Below, in pieces: positions 22,477 through 36,740 of a stretch of 64,000 bases of DNA (within the stretch, counting starts at the first letter, position 1; every line of letters starts with the position of its first letter). The notes below the pieces were generated by a model that did no database searches, was not told where the DNA came from, and was given only the letters and a program-made list of their open reading frames with translations. Both the position numbers and the translations under genes were made by a program. Source of the DNA: Octopus vulgaris (lineage: Eukaryota); contig OX597814.1 of the NCBI GenBank assembly GCA_951406725.2, positions 187,178,001 to 187,242,000 of the forward strand, read 5' to 3'.

Positions 22477-23579
22477 TTAAATTGAATAAGTTATGCAAAT
22501 CACAAAGATTTACTGCATTACACAAAGCTGGTATAACCCAGAAATAAAGTTACAAGAGAATCATTACAGAATTTTGTGTAGATATTATTGGGAAAACCTG
22601 AACAACCAAGTCTTATGTCTACTTTTATACTTTGATTACCATAAAAAAATGGTAATTAGTGTGGGAAACGGTCACTGAAATGAAAATGTCATAAGTGAAA
22701 TACAGGAATTGATTGACACCCTGTAGTCTGAACAGAACAAGATTGGATTGTCATGAATGGAAAGTCTTTTGATCATATGTCTAGGCTGACAGGAATTGAC
22801 TGACACCCTGTAAAGTTTCAGTCTAAGATTGGCTTTTGTTGGTGGGCAATGGCGAGTTCTTGATTATGGATAAGAAGAATGGTAAATTATTGTTTTTGAT
22901 GAGAGAGAAAATGGTAAGATTTTTTTACACATGTTGTAAAGGAAATATTAGCAATTCTGATGTAAACAAGCAACATATCAGAAAGTGTCTTTAAAATTAA
23001 TAGATTTTTCTGTCAAGAGACAGCTTTAAATTTATAATAAAATAATTTTACATAATTCTTTGGGGGCTTTAAGTATAGCTACTTAAAACCCTACTATAAA
23101 TATGAGCTTATCACTAAAAGTGAATTGTAAGGATTGAAAATAGAGAAAATATAATTTTTTTTTTGTTCAGTCTCTGTAAAAAGTTGTAAATTTACAAGCA
23201 AGTGTAGATATATAAATTCTGAAATAGGAAAATATTTTCATTTCCTCTATTTAGAATTTGATTGTGGAAACTAAAAGGTTTCTTTACAAAACAATATTGA
23301 ATAACAAAGAAAACAACATTTGGTATCTAAAACATTCTAGCACACAATAAACTATTGAAAATACATGCATTTAATTTAGAACCAATGATAAATAACTTGA
23401 ACAGCATATACCTATATCATGATTAAATTACGTATGCAGCTCCATTAAACCACATATTTCAACTACATCATCATGCCTCTCAGAAACCATTACAGAAGAT
23501 AATTTTAATAAATATAAACAAGTTACATTATTGACAAAAGACTAAGAGCACCCAAGAGGATATCATAGCTTCTCATTTA

Positions 23580-23683
23580 ATCTCTCTCTCTCCTCTTTCT
23601 TTCTTTCTCTTCTTCCCTTTCTTTCTATCTATCTATCTTTCCTTCCTTCCTTCCTTTCCTTCTCTCCTCTTTCCTCCTTACCT

Positions 23684-23714
<31 letters not shown>

Positions 23715-24096
23715 GCCTTTCTTTCTTTCCTACTTTCTTTCTCTTCTTCCCTTTCTTTCTATCTATCTATCTTTCTTTCCTTCCTTCCTTCTTTCTTTCC
23801 TTCTCTCCTCTTTCCTCCTTACCTTCTTTCTTTCTTTCTTTCTTTCTTTCTTTCATTTTCTTTCTTTCATTTTCTTTCTTTCTTTCTTTCATTTTCTTTC
23901 TTCCTTTCATTTTCTTTCTTTTTTCTTTCTTTCAGTCTGTCTGTCTCTCTCTTTCTCTTTCTCTGTCTTTGTCTATCTGCCTGTGTCTATCTGTCTGTCT
24001 GTCTGTCTGTCTCTGTCTCTCTCTCTCTCTCTCCAGACACACACCCAACACAGGCAAACACACACACATATATACATGTATACATGTTTGTGTGTG

Positions 24097-24139
<43 letters not shown>

Positions 24140-24147
24140 TGTGTGTG
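23580..24147. repeat. Polypyrimidine (CTTT/CCTT) tract with internal ~140-bp duplication, then (CT)/(CA)/(TG)n
   Basis: Direct reading. Confidence 0.9.
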
Positions 24148-24972
24148 TTGCATGGTTCCCATTACACGTTGTACCACATGAAGCTAGCTACAATTACTTG
24201 TAACTTGCTTCATATGGCATAAGTATATGGCTTAAGTAATTTTTATTTCCTAAGCCTATCTACTAGAACTATTTGCAAAACTCTCTTTAAACAACTCTCC
24301 CATCATCACTTCAACATGCTAACATATCCGTAAGACAAACACAAACAAACACTTAAATTACAGGAAAATCCAACAAAACTAGTTCTATAAAGAGACCCAA
24401 ATCAAATTTACAGACTGCAACATCTCTCAAATTATTTAAGCATCAGAGCACAGATATTTCATAAAATGCTGATATCTATTAAAAAAAAAATCTGTCAAAT
24501 GGTTTCTTCAAATGACAATACCTGCAACATAACAGTATATAAACCAAAGAATTGTAAAAGAAAGTAAAAGGTAACAAAATAAGCCAAGCAGTCTTTCATA
24601 TCCACACAACATACAACCAGCATTGAAGCATTATGTTAAATGATTAGCAGTAATAATAATTCTAATATCCTATGACAACATCACAAGATCTGAGCAACTA
24701 AGTAAACATCTTCATTAAGCAAGTCAGTAAAATATCTTAAAATGGGATCCCTAAGTACTATATATATACACTTTATACTTGGGTAAGATGTAGAATGAAG
24801 ATAATCATAGAATAGAAGGTTAAAGCTTGTATGTATGTAAGCATGTTTTTCACTGCTGTTTCCATTGTTTTAGAAAAAGAAGCATGCATAGGAATGAAAT
24901 TCCAGGTGACTGTTGTTCTAGAGAGGAAGGATTGGGAAAAGTGGTTAGTCTTGGACCTGATGGCAATATAGA

Positions 24973-25500
24973 ATCATCATCATCATCGTTTAATGTCTGC
25001 TTTCCATGCTAGCATGGGTTGGACGATTTTGACTGAGGGCTGGCGAACCAGATGGCTGCACCAGGCTCCAATCTTGATCTGGCAGAGTTTCTACAGCTGG
25101 ATGCCCTTCATAATGCCAACCACTGAGAGTGTAGTGGGTGTTTTTTATGTGCCACCGGCACAGGTGCCAGTCAGGCGGTACTGGCAATGACCTCGCTCAA
25201 ATCTTTTTACACATGCCACCGATACGGGTGCCAGTTAGGCAACGTTGGTAATGACCATGCTCGAATGGTGCCCTTTTATGTGCCACTGGCACGGAAGCCA
25301 GTTGGCTGCTCGGTGCTCTTGGTACCCTACTAGCACAGGCAAAAGTGCCAGTAAGGCGATGCTGGTAACGATCACACTCGAATGGTGCCTTTTATGTGCC
25401 ACTGGCATGGAAGCCGGTCAGCCACTCTGTCAACAATCACACTCGTATGGTGCTCTTTGCACCCTGCTAGCACGGATGCCAGTCATCGAATTTGATTTTG
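24973..25500 (-). mobile_element. RTE 3'-end family copy
   Basis: Tail, core and UTR tandem units. Confidence 0.85.
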
Positions 25501-25806
25501 AATGGATAATGAAAAGAATAGAAATGTTGTGTTAGTAGGCCTAAGCAGAGGCACATGCAACTGAGGTACAAAAAACACGTACCACTGTCTGATTCAGACA
25601 AATAGAGGTCAGTGTAGAGCATTGCTCGTAAACTCATATGAAACAAACTGTAGATGAGGACCTTTACTGCAGACTAGCTATTGACTGGCTGGCAGAAAAG
25701 GGAGTTTTGGTTAGGTGGCAAAATGAGACCCAATCCTAAATGGTGGATCATGTTCTCTCTCACTTTGTAGATGATTAACTAATTTGTTGCCTAACCAGAA
25801 GTCCCT

Positions 25807-25991
25807 GAAGGCAGCAAGCCGGCAGAAACATTAGCACGCCGGGTGAAATGCTAGCAGTATTTCATCTGTTGCTACGTTCCGAGTTCAAATTCCGCCGAGG
25901 TCGACTTTGCCTTTCATCCTTTTGGGATGTCTGTCCTTGTTTGTCCTTGTTTGTCCCCTCTGTGTGTTGCCCCTTGTGGGCAATAAAGAAA
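25807..25991 (+). mobile_element. Nin-core SINE with 15-bp TSD
   Basis: TSD TAACCAGAAGTCCCT at 25792-25806 and 25992-26006. Confidence 0.9.
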
Positions 25992-26006
25992 TAACCAGAA
26001 GTCCCT

Positions 26007-27060
26007 TGTCTGTGAACCAGTTTGATAACTAGTCTTCTGTAAAAGTACTCATCCAAGGTTCATTTCTTATGTGTTTGCAGGGAATGGTCTACACCAGCTT
26101 AAGAAAACAACTCATCTGTGGGTAAGAAGTTGCAAAGTGTTGATGAATGAGTCTTTGCCTGTCAATCAAATGATTTTCATTTTGGTCCAAATATGTTTCA
26201 TCTAACAGTTGCACCATCCCATAAGTGGATGCAATATACCACTTTGGTACTCATTTGAGCTTTGTGCAAAATTAGCAGTTGTTTGGGGATGGGGTATTTT
26301 CTGGTTAAGATCAGAAAGGTTGTTTAGAGTTGCATTTTTGTTAAATTGTTTCCCAGAGGGGTTACTTGAAAACTATGCAGAACAACTGTTTTTTATTGGC
26401 TACGCTACTTATTTAGTTAAACTTTGTTCACCCAAAGGTGAACACATTTCTCTGCATCTTTATTTTAGATTGCAGAGGACATTGTTTTTGGATCAGAAGG
26501 CATCTTAAGAGGTGTTCCGTAGCTGGTAGATTAAAAACAAAGTAAAGAGTGTCCATGTTAAAAACCCACCAATTCTTTCACCAGTGCCCACAAGAAGCAC
26601 AAAATAGTACAAGACACATTGTAACAACACACCAACAAATGTATGTAGAAATTTTCTGTGTTAGAAATGCAGATCCTTAACAAAACCAATCTTGGCAGTT
26701 ATTGCTGCAAATGATTCTCATTTTCAAAAAATTATTGTTGAACTATCAAGTATCAAACTGGGCACTGCCTACTTCTATGATAATTTAACCCAAGAACATG
26801 TTAAATCCTACATCATCTTCAGAATAGTAATTCCAGTGTGACACTAACTTTAAAGTTTTGCCTTTGAACAAAATATATTCTGAACTAAGCAAAATTCTTT
26901 AGCAGCATTTTAACTTCAACAATGAATTATTCTCTTTTAGTCAAAGTAAACTATTGATTTATAACAATGCATAATACCTCAGATTTATGAAAATTGAAGA
27001 ATGGGATGTTGTTACATTGATTTCGGTATTAGTAGAGTAAAGTGGTTTCAACAAATATTG
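26007..27060 (-). mobile_element. Possible very old Penelope-like RT/EN remnant
   Basis: Only weak decayed motifs on the minus strand. Confidence 0.3.
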
Positions 27061-28379
27061 AGAACCAGGTTGACTGATTCAACTTAACTGTTTGCTCTAC
27101 ACACTCAATATTCATAAGAAAATATTGATTCATTTTACTAACAATGAAATGCCTTTTCACACAATCTCAGTATATATCACTGGTACTAAATGTAATTTTG
27201 ACTGAATCACTCTGTATTTTCACCTTAACTGGACCACACTTTGTAACTGGTACTAATTGTAAATTTGATTGAATTATAGCATATAACTGGTATTGGCTGT
27301 ACATTTTACTAAACCACATCATCAGCAGTATTGTTTAATATCTGTCTTCCATGCTAGTATGGGTTGGATAGTTTGAGAGGATCTGACAGGCTAGAGGACT
27401 GTGAAGTTCCAGTGTCTGCCTTGGCATAGTTTCTGTGACTGGACACTCTTCCTAAAACCAACCACACTACAGAGTGTTTGAGGTGCTTTTTTTTGTGGCA
27501 CCAGCACTATTGAGGTCACCAAGTAACTTGCAAGACAAAAAAACTTTCAACTGTGTGGGGATGTAGTATTGAAGGAGATGACCAGGGGTTGAAAAATTAA
27601 AGTAAAGTGTGGTTGAGGAACAGGAACAGATGTCTTACTGTAGAGGAGATGCATGGCTACCCTAGCAGGAAAGTGAGGAAAGAAATAGCATGTGGTGAAG
27701 TGTCAATGTACACCATGAGTATAAGAAAGAATCAGAAAGGGTGGGTATGTAGGTAAGTTTGTGAGAGTGTGAAAGGAGAGTGACAGATGGTTAAAGATGG
27801 AGATAGAGGTTAATGCATTGAACAGGGAACATGGGTGGGGACATGGTCAATGGTGAATAACAGTTAAGTGGAAAAGTGAAGAAAATAGGAATGGGTCAGA
27901 AAGGAGGAAGAGGTGGAGATAAGTGACCATACAAAAGAAAGGGAAATGGAGAGTGGCAGTATAATAATACCATAGAGAGATGAGAAATATAGAGATGATT
28001 TGAAGCAAGGAGGTAAGAGAGAGGGATGCACAGTTACAAGGGTAGAGGTCAGAGAAGTGTAGGAGTGGAAATAGTGAGAAATGAACAAAAGATAGTAGGT
28101 TGGCCATTGAAGGAAGACATGAGAGAGCATTCCAGAAGGGGAGGGAAGAGGCATTCAGTAGAAAATATAATAGTAAGGGTTGATATTAAGAATGTGTGTT
28201 GGTTGAGGAAGTGGTTCAAAGAAGATGGATAACTGATTGCACTGAAGGAAGTTATATATTTACATAATCTGAGTGAGTAGTGCCAAAAAGAGTGATGGAA
28301 TGATGGTTATTAGAAAGATGAGTGGTAGGGAAAAGTTTGACAGGGACAAATTGGATTTTATGGGGGACAGACATAAATG

Positions 28380-29007
28380 ACATGCTTTTAGGACCTCATT
28401 TTTGCTGAGTTGGATGGGTCTTCTCAGTCCTATGTCATTTCCTCCATGAATCTCAACAACCTGAGGTTGGTTTCCCCTACTTTGTCCCATGTTTCCTGGG
28501 TCTCCCTCTTCCACAGGTTCCATTTACATTTAATGATTGCCACTTCTTTATGCAGCTGTCCACATCCCATGACCATACCAGGACAGATCTATCCACATCA
28601 CATGACCATATCAGGACAGTCTTTTCTCTTGCAGTCTGCATTTGATGCCTTTTTTCCCAATTTTTCTCTCATCATGCACACATTAGTGTATATGCTAGTT
28701 TCATTTCTTTCTAGTCGTCACTTGGTTTCTGCATTCATGGCTTGCATTTCACTACCATGTAGCATTGTTTTCGTATACAAGCATCATTCAATTAACTTTT
28801 CACTCTGAGAGATAAGCCTTTTATTACCTTTTATTATAGGTGTAAGAGTGGTTGTGTGGTAAGTAGCTGGCTTACCAACCACATGGTTCTGGGTTCTGTT
28901 CCACTGCATGGCACCTTGGGTAAGTGTCTTCTACTATAGCCTCAGGCTGACCAAAGCCTCGTGAATGGATTAGGTAAACGGAAACTGAAAGAAGCCTGTC
29001 GTATATA

Positions 29008-29042
<35 letters not shown>

Positions 29043-29770
29043 GGAAGGGCATCAAGCCGTAGAAACATTGCCAGATCAGACTGGGCCTGGTGCAGCCTTC
29101 TGGCTTCCTAGACCCCAGTTGAACCGTCCAACCCATGCTAAACGATGATGATGAGGATGATGATGATATATATATGTATGTGTCTATATATGTTTGTGTG
29201 TCTGTTTTTCTACATACTGAACATGGCCATTTACCTATTTCTTTATTACCCACAAGGGGCTAAACTCAGAGGGGACAAACAAGTACAGACATAGGTATTA
29301 AGTCGATTACATCAACTCCAGTGCGTAACTGGTACTTAATTTATCGATCCCGAAAGGATGAAAGGCAAAGTCGACCTCAGCAGAATTTGAACTCACAATA
29401 TAACGACAGACGAAATACAGCTATGCATTTCGCCCGGCGTGCTAACGTTTCTACCGGCTCGCTGCCTTTTACCTGGCCATTTACCTGTCTACTTTTCTGC
29501 TGACTAGAATTTTGGTTTTTGCTAAGTTAACTTTAAAGTCCTTTGACTTCCGGTTTTACTTCCACACCTAAAATGTTTTCTTATTCTGCAATAGATCCAG
29601 CTATAAGAACAAGATGATCATCATACAGCAGTTCCCAAGAGCAACCAGTTTTAAATTCCTCAGTTATTGCCTGAGAGAATAAGGTGAATAGGAACGGCTT
29701 AAGATCAGAGCCCTGGAAAACTCTTACCTGGCCAACTCTATGCAAAGTTGAAAGAGTAACCATTCATGTT
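28380..29770 (-). mobile_element. Degenerate RTE LINE RT to 3' end, fragmented by SINE insertions at 28838-29200 and 29237-29473
   Basis: VFQGSDLKPFLF...EEFKTGCSWELLYDDHLVL (YADD motif), GKWPCSVCRK, MLHGSE; inner SINE flanked by TSD TGGCCATTTACCT (29224-29236, 29474-29486). Confidence 0.8.
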
Positions 29771-29897
29771 CCTAACCCCATACTTCCAAGATATCCCCAT
29801 GTGTTCCAATCAGTGGCAACTGTAGTATTAAAACCACTAAGCAAAATAATTTTATCAGAATTAGTTATATCATGCGAACACTCTTTTAAAACTTCAT

Positions 29898-30620
29898 TTA
29901 AATTTGAGTTTTACTTTCACTGATATCTAGAGTTGGTTCATGTGTACTTGTAATTATTGCATAGCAATCATCTCTTAATCTTAAGTGAAGAGCCATGATT
30001 CTCTCATTAATACCCTTTGGTAAGTTGGTCAACTTTGATACTGTCCCATTTTTAATAGTAAATCCTATTCTCACTTCTATATGTTGTCTTTCTTTATCCT
30101 TCCAGAATATTTTATACTCTGCACCTAGTTTTGTAACCTGACCGTCACCCGATAAGCAAGTCTGTGAGAGTGCTGCAATATGTACTGAATATTTTTGTAG
30201 TTTGTGAGCAAGAATGTTGGTTTTATGCTCAAGACAAGCTCCTGCATTATCAGCTAATGTGTAAACATTCCAACAAGAAATCTTAAATCCCATTGGTTGG
30301 CTAGCATTAGTATTACTAACTTTATCATTTCAAGCTCAGTATGGACATATGTCAGCTGCACTAAACTAACTACATTTTTATAAGCAATTTTGGGGTTATC
30401 TTTTCTAAACACTTCCAAATATATTGGTGAGCAATGCTGTCCCTAAAAAAGGCTGTTCAAATACCTAATGGAGACCAAATCCCTTCATTACCTTGGATTG
30501 ATGAGAAAGTGACTTTACACCTGTCAAAAGGCTGCCTATGGGCAGGTTGGTGACTAGATAGCTCTAACTTGTAAGGCCTGTCTTGATGCTACCTTCCCAT
30601 CGCCACAGGTCTTGTGACAC
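29898..30620 (-). mobile_element. RTE (BovB/RTE-1-like) LINE 5' end: UTR and APE endonuclease
   Basis: ORF 29898-30293 ISCWNVYTL..IAALSQT...YKIFW...IGFTIKN...PKGINERIMALHL is an RTE APE N-terminus. Confidence 0.88.
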
Positions 30621-30954
30621 AAAAACAAAGGCACATGCAAAATTACAAAAGAACATAAAAGGACAAAAAGACATAGCAATGAAGACAACACAGAATATCA
30701 ACAACGATGTTAGAAAGGTCTGTGCAGAATTTAAGTCTTGTGCAACTTGCTCTGTATTGCAAAGATTCTCCCTAGGAATGCTAAGTGCTCCAAAGACAAA
30801 CCGAAGCTAGATGTTTGACATTTCTAGTGGGTTTTTAAATATAAAACACACACACACATGCATATATAATATAATATAAATAAAGAATATAAACTACATA
30901 AGAATATATATATACTGGAATATAAATATATATGTATGCATGTATATGTATATA

Positions 30955-31720
30955 GGGAGAGAATTCACAAAAAAACAAAAGACAAAAACAGGTGGTGTAG
31001 AAAACAAACAGATGTATTAGTTTAATGCTTGGGAATCAAAATCAAATTCGATGACTGGCATCCGTGCTAGTGGGGTGCTAAGAGTACCATCCGATCGTGA
31101 TCGTTGCCAGAGCAGCTAACTGGCTTCTGTGCCGGTGGCACATAAAAAGTACCATTTGAGCATGATCGTTACCAGCGTCGCCTTACTGGCACTTGTGCTG
31201 GTGGCACATGAAAAAACATTCGAGCAAGGTTGTTGCTAGTGCTGCCGGACTGGCTCCTGTGCAGGTGACATGTAAAATACACCATTTGAGCATGGCCGTT
31301 GCCAGTACCACCTGACTGGCCCTCGTGCTGGTGGCATGTAAAAGCACCCACTACACTCTTGGAGTGGTTGGCGTTAGGAAGGGCATCCAGCTGTAGAAAC
31401 TCTGCCAGATCAGATTGGAGCCTGGTGCAGCCATCTGGTTTGCCAGTCCTCAGTCAAATCGTCCAACCCATGCTAGCATGGAAAGTGGACGTTAAACGAT
31501 GATGATGATGAAGTGAAAAAGTATTTAATGCTTCAAGCCTACACTCTTCCACAGAAAGGAACACAGGAAGAAATAAGGAGAGAAAATAAAGAATGTGTAG
31601 TGGCTAGCAATTTATCATGGTGAATGCCGGACAGAGGGGTTACACAGGAGAGGTAGGAAGAAGGGGAGATAATAAAGTAGTGGTAATCCCAAAATGAAGG
31701 TTTGCGTGCATGTGTATAAG
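30955..31720 (-). mobile_element. Penelope tail, split by an RTE 3'-end insertion (31035-31510, +)
   Basis: Reverse match to 5270-5570; hammerhead-like variant at 31524-31559. Confidence 0.8.
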
Positions 31721-31739
31721 AGAGCATGTATTGTCTAGA

Positions 31740-32760
31740 AATTATAGACAATGAAACAAAACTTAGAATTGAGAGGCCTCAAAGTAAACTTTGTAAAGGC
31801 TAAAGCTTTGATAAATGGAAAGAAGACAGAATCCTGCTATCATCAGGAAAATGGCTGTACTAGATATACAGAAGATAGGTTGTAGATAGAAACTCCATAT
31901 TGTGTACCATGTATAAACTATGTAGTGGGATCACACACAGGCTGGCAGAGAAAGTAGATTTTGTGTATGGATGAATCAAAGGGTGTAGTTAGCAGTACCA
32001 GATACATGAAATAGATTCCTTCAAATGCCCATATGGTTTCCTCAAAGTAGTTAATAGCTTTTGTTACCTAGGTGACATAACTGGTGGCAGTATGTATTCT
32101 GAAGGCATAATAAACAAAGTAAGGACAGGTTGGGAAAAGTTCAAGGAGCAATAAATAACTACTACTGGTATCAAATGGTTTCTCTCTATAAGTAAGGGCA
32201 GATTTTATGATTTTTGTGCATGAAGTGCAATGTTGCAAAATATGGACCTGAATGTAGAAAAGTTATAATCATCATCATCATTTTAACGTCCGCTTTCCAT
32301 GCTAGCATGGATTGGACGATTTTGCCTGAGGGCTGGCAAACCAGATGGCTGCACCAGGCTCCAATCTTGATCTGGCAGAGTTTCTACAGCTGGATGCCCT
32401 TCCTAACGTCAACCACTCCGAGAGTGTAGTGGGTGCTTTTTACGTGTAGAAAAATATAGTGAGCATGCTCCAGTGGTACATAATGTGAGTATACATGAAC
32501 AATGGAATGCAAATGTACTGAGAGAAAAGCTGGATGTAGATTTTAGGAGTCAGATGTTGTGTGTAAGAAAGAGGCCCGTGAAGAGTCTGGAGGAGGTTCA
32601 GTTGTATAGAGAATACCAAGTACTTGAAGTAAATGTAAACTGTGGAAGAGAGAGAAACCTAGGAAAGCATAACAGGTAATGTACAAGGCTGATATCGAGA
32701 TGCTGTTTCACGAAGGAGATGACAAAGACTGTGATATGAAATGACATGGAGTTTTGATAA
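31740..32760 (+). mobile_element. Degenerate RTE LINE C-terminal region, interrupted at 32268-32445
   Basis: FCYLGD..GG, RTGWEKFKE, SNGFSL..GRFY motifs. Confidence 0.7.
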
Positions 32761-33884
32761 CAATTCATGCACCATTACAAATATAGCAAACATTTGTTAA
32801 AATGGTGGTGATGATGATGGAGTTTGGGTCTCTTGTTTATCTACTATCCTTTTTATCACCTTCTGCTTCAGCCTTTCTACCATTCACTGTACTAAACTGC
32901 CTGCGTATCGAAGTTTAACACTGGGCCTGTCCATATTCAACCCCTTCCTCACTATCACCCTTTATATCATACTTTACCTCCCTTCCATCATGATGCCTGT
33001 GTAACATGGGATGGTTTCAGATTTTTCTGTATTCATTATTGCTTACCATAACCCTTCTTTACTGTTAACCATTAATTTCACTCTTCCTCATATCCCATTT
33101 TATTGACATTCATCACTCTCAGTTACTATCACCCATTTCTACCGTTATGCATCATTCACTCTCTCTTAGCATCACCTATCTTCGTTGCTATCTCTTCACA
33201 CTGTTGTTGCTACTTTTCTGTTCAACAACCAGCATTTAGCTATCATTGTTTCATTTCTGTTACCCTCTCTCCTACTGTCCTCTTACTGCTACTGCTTAGT
33301 TCAACCCCCATTATATTTTTCACCCTCTTGGCCATCTGTCTTCTATCCTCAAACTCATTCACGTTTGTCTTGTTCAAACAAATATAACATAGAGAAGACC
33401 CTATTGTCTTACAAAAGACAAGGCAACTGCTCTCATGTTGGTGCCATGATAAAGTACATGCAGTACACCATGTACAGTAGTTGGTGAACAAACAAGGGCA
33501 ATGTAGGCCAGAGAAGCCCCTTTAGTCTTTCTGAGGGCATGATAACTTTTCTCACATTGGTGCCATGATAAATTGTACCTAATACACTGTGAATTCGTTG
33601 GCATGAGAAAAGGCATGTAGCCAAAGACACCATGCTAGAATGTGACTAAAACCAAGACATGGCCATCCAAGTCATCAAGAAGGATAGTAACTGCAAATAA
33701 AAACTGATTTGGACTATGGGGATCTGTCCAGTCCATGCCTGCATGGAAGGTGGTCTTAAAATGATGGAGATGATGAGTAATAACAACACTGATGATAACA
33801 ATAAAAATGATGACCATGATGATGATGACAACAATGAATATGATGACAATGGTGATAATAATTATGCTAATGATGATGATGATG

Positions 33885-34212
33885 CCAATGACCCATCCGA
33901 GCGTGATTGTTGTCAGAGCGGCTATCTGGCCTCCGTGCCGGTGGTACATAAAAGACACCATTCAAGCGTGATTGTTACCGGCATGCCAGTGACATGTGTA
34001 AAAGATTCGAGCTAGGTCGTTGCCAGGCCTGACTGGCCCTGTGCTGGTGGCACGTAAAAGCACCCACTACACTCTTGGAGTAGTTGGCATTAGGAAGGGC
34101 ATCCAGCTGTAGAAATTCTGCCAGATCAAGATTGAAGCCTGGTGCAGCCATCTGGTTCGCCAGCCCTCAGTCCAATCATCCAACCCATGCTAGCATGGAA
34201 TGCGGGCGTTAA

Positions 34213-34249
<37 letters not shown>

Positions 34250-34265
34250 CAATGATGATGATGAT
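33885..34265 (+). mobile_element. RTE 3'-end family copy with long (GAT)n tail
   Basis: Family match. Confidence 0.85.
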
Positions 34266-35079
34266 ATAATTCTTTTTATATTAGTGTACTGGTGCACCTG
34301 AGCACTGTATACAATAATTTCATTATATATTATATTATAACTATTTCACAATAGCTGGCAATAACACTCAATGTTTTTATAGAAAATTTCTTCATTCTGG
34401 GAGGTCAAAGCAATTTGCCTATCTTATATCTCTTTGTCATGATTAACAATTAGCTTTCTGTTTTTATATTTTCAAAAAACACACCATAGTGATTTGAAAT
34501 ATAGTTTCCAATCAGACAAACAAATTATAAAGATTAATTATTTTTGTGGTTATGCAAAACAATATATATACATATATATATATATATATTCTGTTAATTT
34601 TTGTTAATACCTTTATTTATTCAGCGCTTGTGAAAGATCCCTGATACCTTCAAAACACATCTCTGATGTCATACCAATATTAATACACAGAGAAAGAAAC
34701 AGACTCGTAAACAAGCAAACAAAAAAAAATCTGTCACATTCTAATGATACAAAATCAATGTTGATTTTTAAAAATGGCTTCAAGATGCTTGCACATTTAC
34801 ACAAAATGAAAGAGGTGGGAGGAGTAAATATAAAAACCAATAAATAAGTTTTAAAAAATACGGGAAAAAAAACATAGAAGGAAAATAAAAAAAAGATAAA
34901 ATGATAATAAAAACAAAAGTTAGTCATTGAAAATTTCAAAATGTGTGCATTTTTAGACCAAAGAAATCAATATGTAATGAGATTAGTATTTCATTTTACC
35001 TTTGTATTGAGGAATCTAGTACTAGTGACAACCATGAAATATCTACACAGTAATATTCGTACATACAATTCAAATGTAC

Positions 35080-35212
35080 CATACACCCATATATACATCT
35101 ATGTATGTTGGTGTATTAATGTGTGCATGAGAGTGAGTGTATGTAAGCATGTATGTATATGCATATATATACGCAATATACACACATGCTCATACACAGA
35201 CACATAAATAAA

Positions 35213-35243
<31 letters not shown>

Positions 35244-35437
35244 GCATATATTTGTATAAATGCATATATGTGTGTATGTGAGCATGTGTATGTGATGTGT
35301 GTGTCTGTGAGTGTGTGTATGTCTACATGCACACATTCATGTTTATATGCCCATACCTAAATATATGGCATACACTATTTACATAAGTATGAGGTATACA
35401 CTACATACATGCTTACACACTCTACACACACAGACAT

Positions 35438-35470
<33 letters not shown>

Positions 35471-35509
35471 CATATACATACATATATATATATATAGGTA
35501 TAGATATGT

Positions 35510-35543
<34 letters not shown>

Positions 35544-36149
35544 TTCATGTCTACACTTAGGTTTCTCTCCACCAATCAATCAAAGAGAGAAATACAGATT
35601 CTTGAATGCATACTTATATCTGCATAGATCTTTATATGCATGCATACATCCATATATGTTCCTGTATATGTACATGTGTTTATATATATATGTGTGTATG
35701 ACTATACACATGTGTGTGAATGTGTGTACACATACATGCACACATACATATACATAGGCATATGCATATACACACATATGCATATACATGCACACATACC
35801 ATGTATCTCATAAATCTGTCAGATTTTCCAATATAAAACATCTTTAAATGGGGTCTTGCAAAAATGTGTAGGCATGTGTGAGTATATATATATATCTGTG
35901 TGTGTGTTTATTCACGTGTGTATGTAAAACAATTATTTGTAAACTGGGATTTTACATATAAAGTAAATCTAAAATATATATTTAAGTAGTATCTAGTTTG
36001 TACATTGTATTTTAGTTACTTTTTATATTTTCTGGCACAAAGATCTGTGTCTGCTTTTATCTTACACACATGTGCATGTACATATATGCACTGACACTCA
36101 AACACACATACATATACTCACCAAGAATCTCTTGCTTCAATGTATTTTC

Positions 36150-36211
<62 letters not shown>

Positions 36212-36740
36212 GTGTGTATATATATATGTATATGTATATGTATATGTATATATATATATATACATAAATACATACATACATATGTTAATCACATATGTAC
36301 ATGTGTGTGTATGAATGAATACATGTGTGCATGAATGTATGATTGCATGAACAAATACATATGTCTGTCTGCATGCATGTGTGAGCGTATGCATACACAA
36401 ACTACGTATGTACATATATATATATATATATGCATATATCTCAGCATGTATTTAAAATTAAAGACATCTAGCCTAAAATTGAAGAAATAATTCGTGGATG
36501 TACATGTACATGCACACACACACACACACATGCATATATACACTTAAACAATCTCATATGCACACAAAATACAAAGATATTTAAATGCAGTAACAAATAT
36601 ATATATACATATATAAATATATAATATGAAAAAGCAAGTTTCAGCTGATATACACCAATAAATTATATGTGTGCATGTATGTAATGTGGATCTATGTATG
36701 TTGTGAATGCGTGTGTGTGTGTGTGTGTGTGTGTGTTCAT
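35080..36740. repeat. Compound purine-pyrimidine microsatellite field (TA/CA/TG/TATG)
   Basis: Direct reading; ORFs here are spurious. Confidence 0.9.

Noticed and set aside
35099-36543. Many YI/HT/CV-rich ORFs
   Set aside because: Translations of dinucleotide microsatellites.
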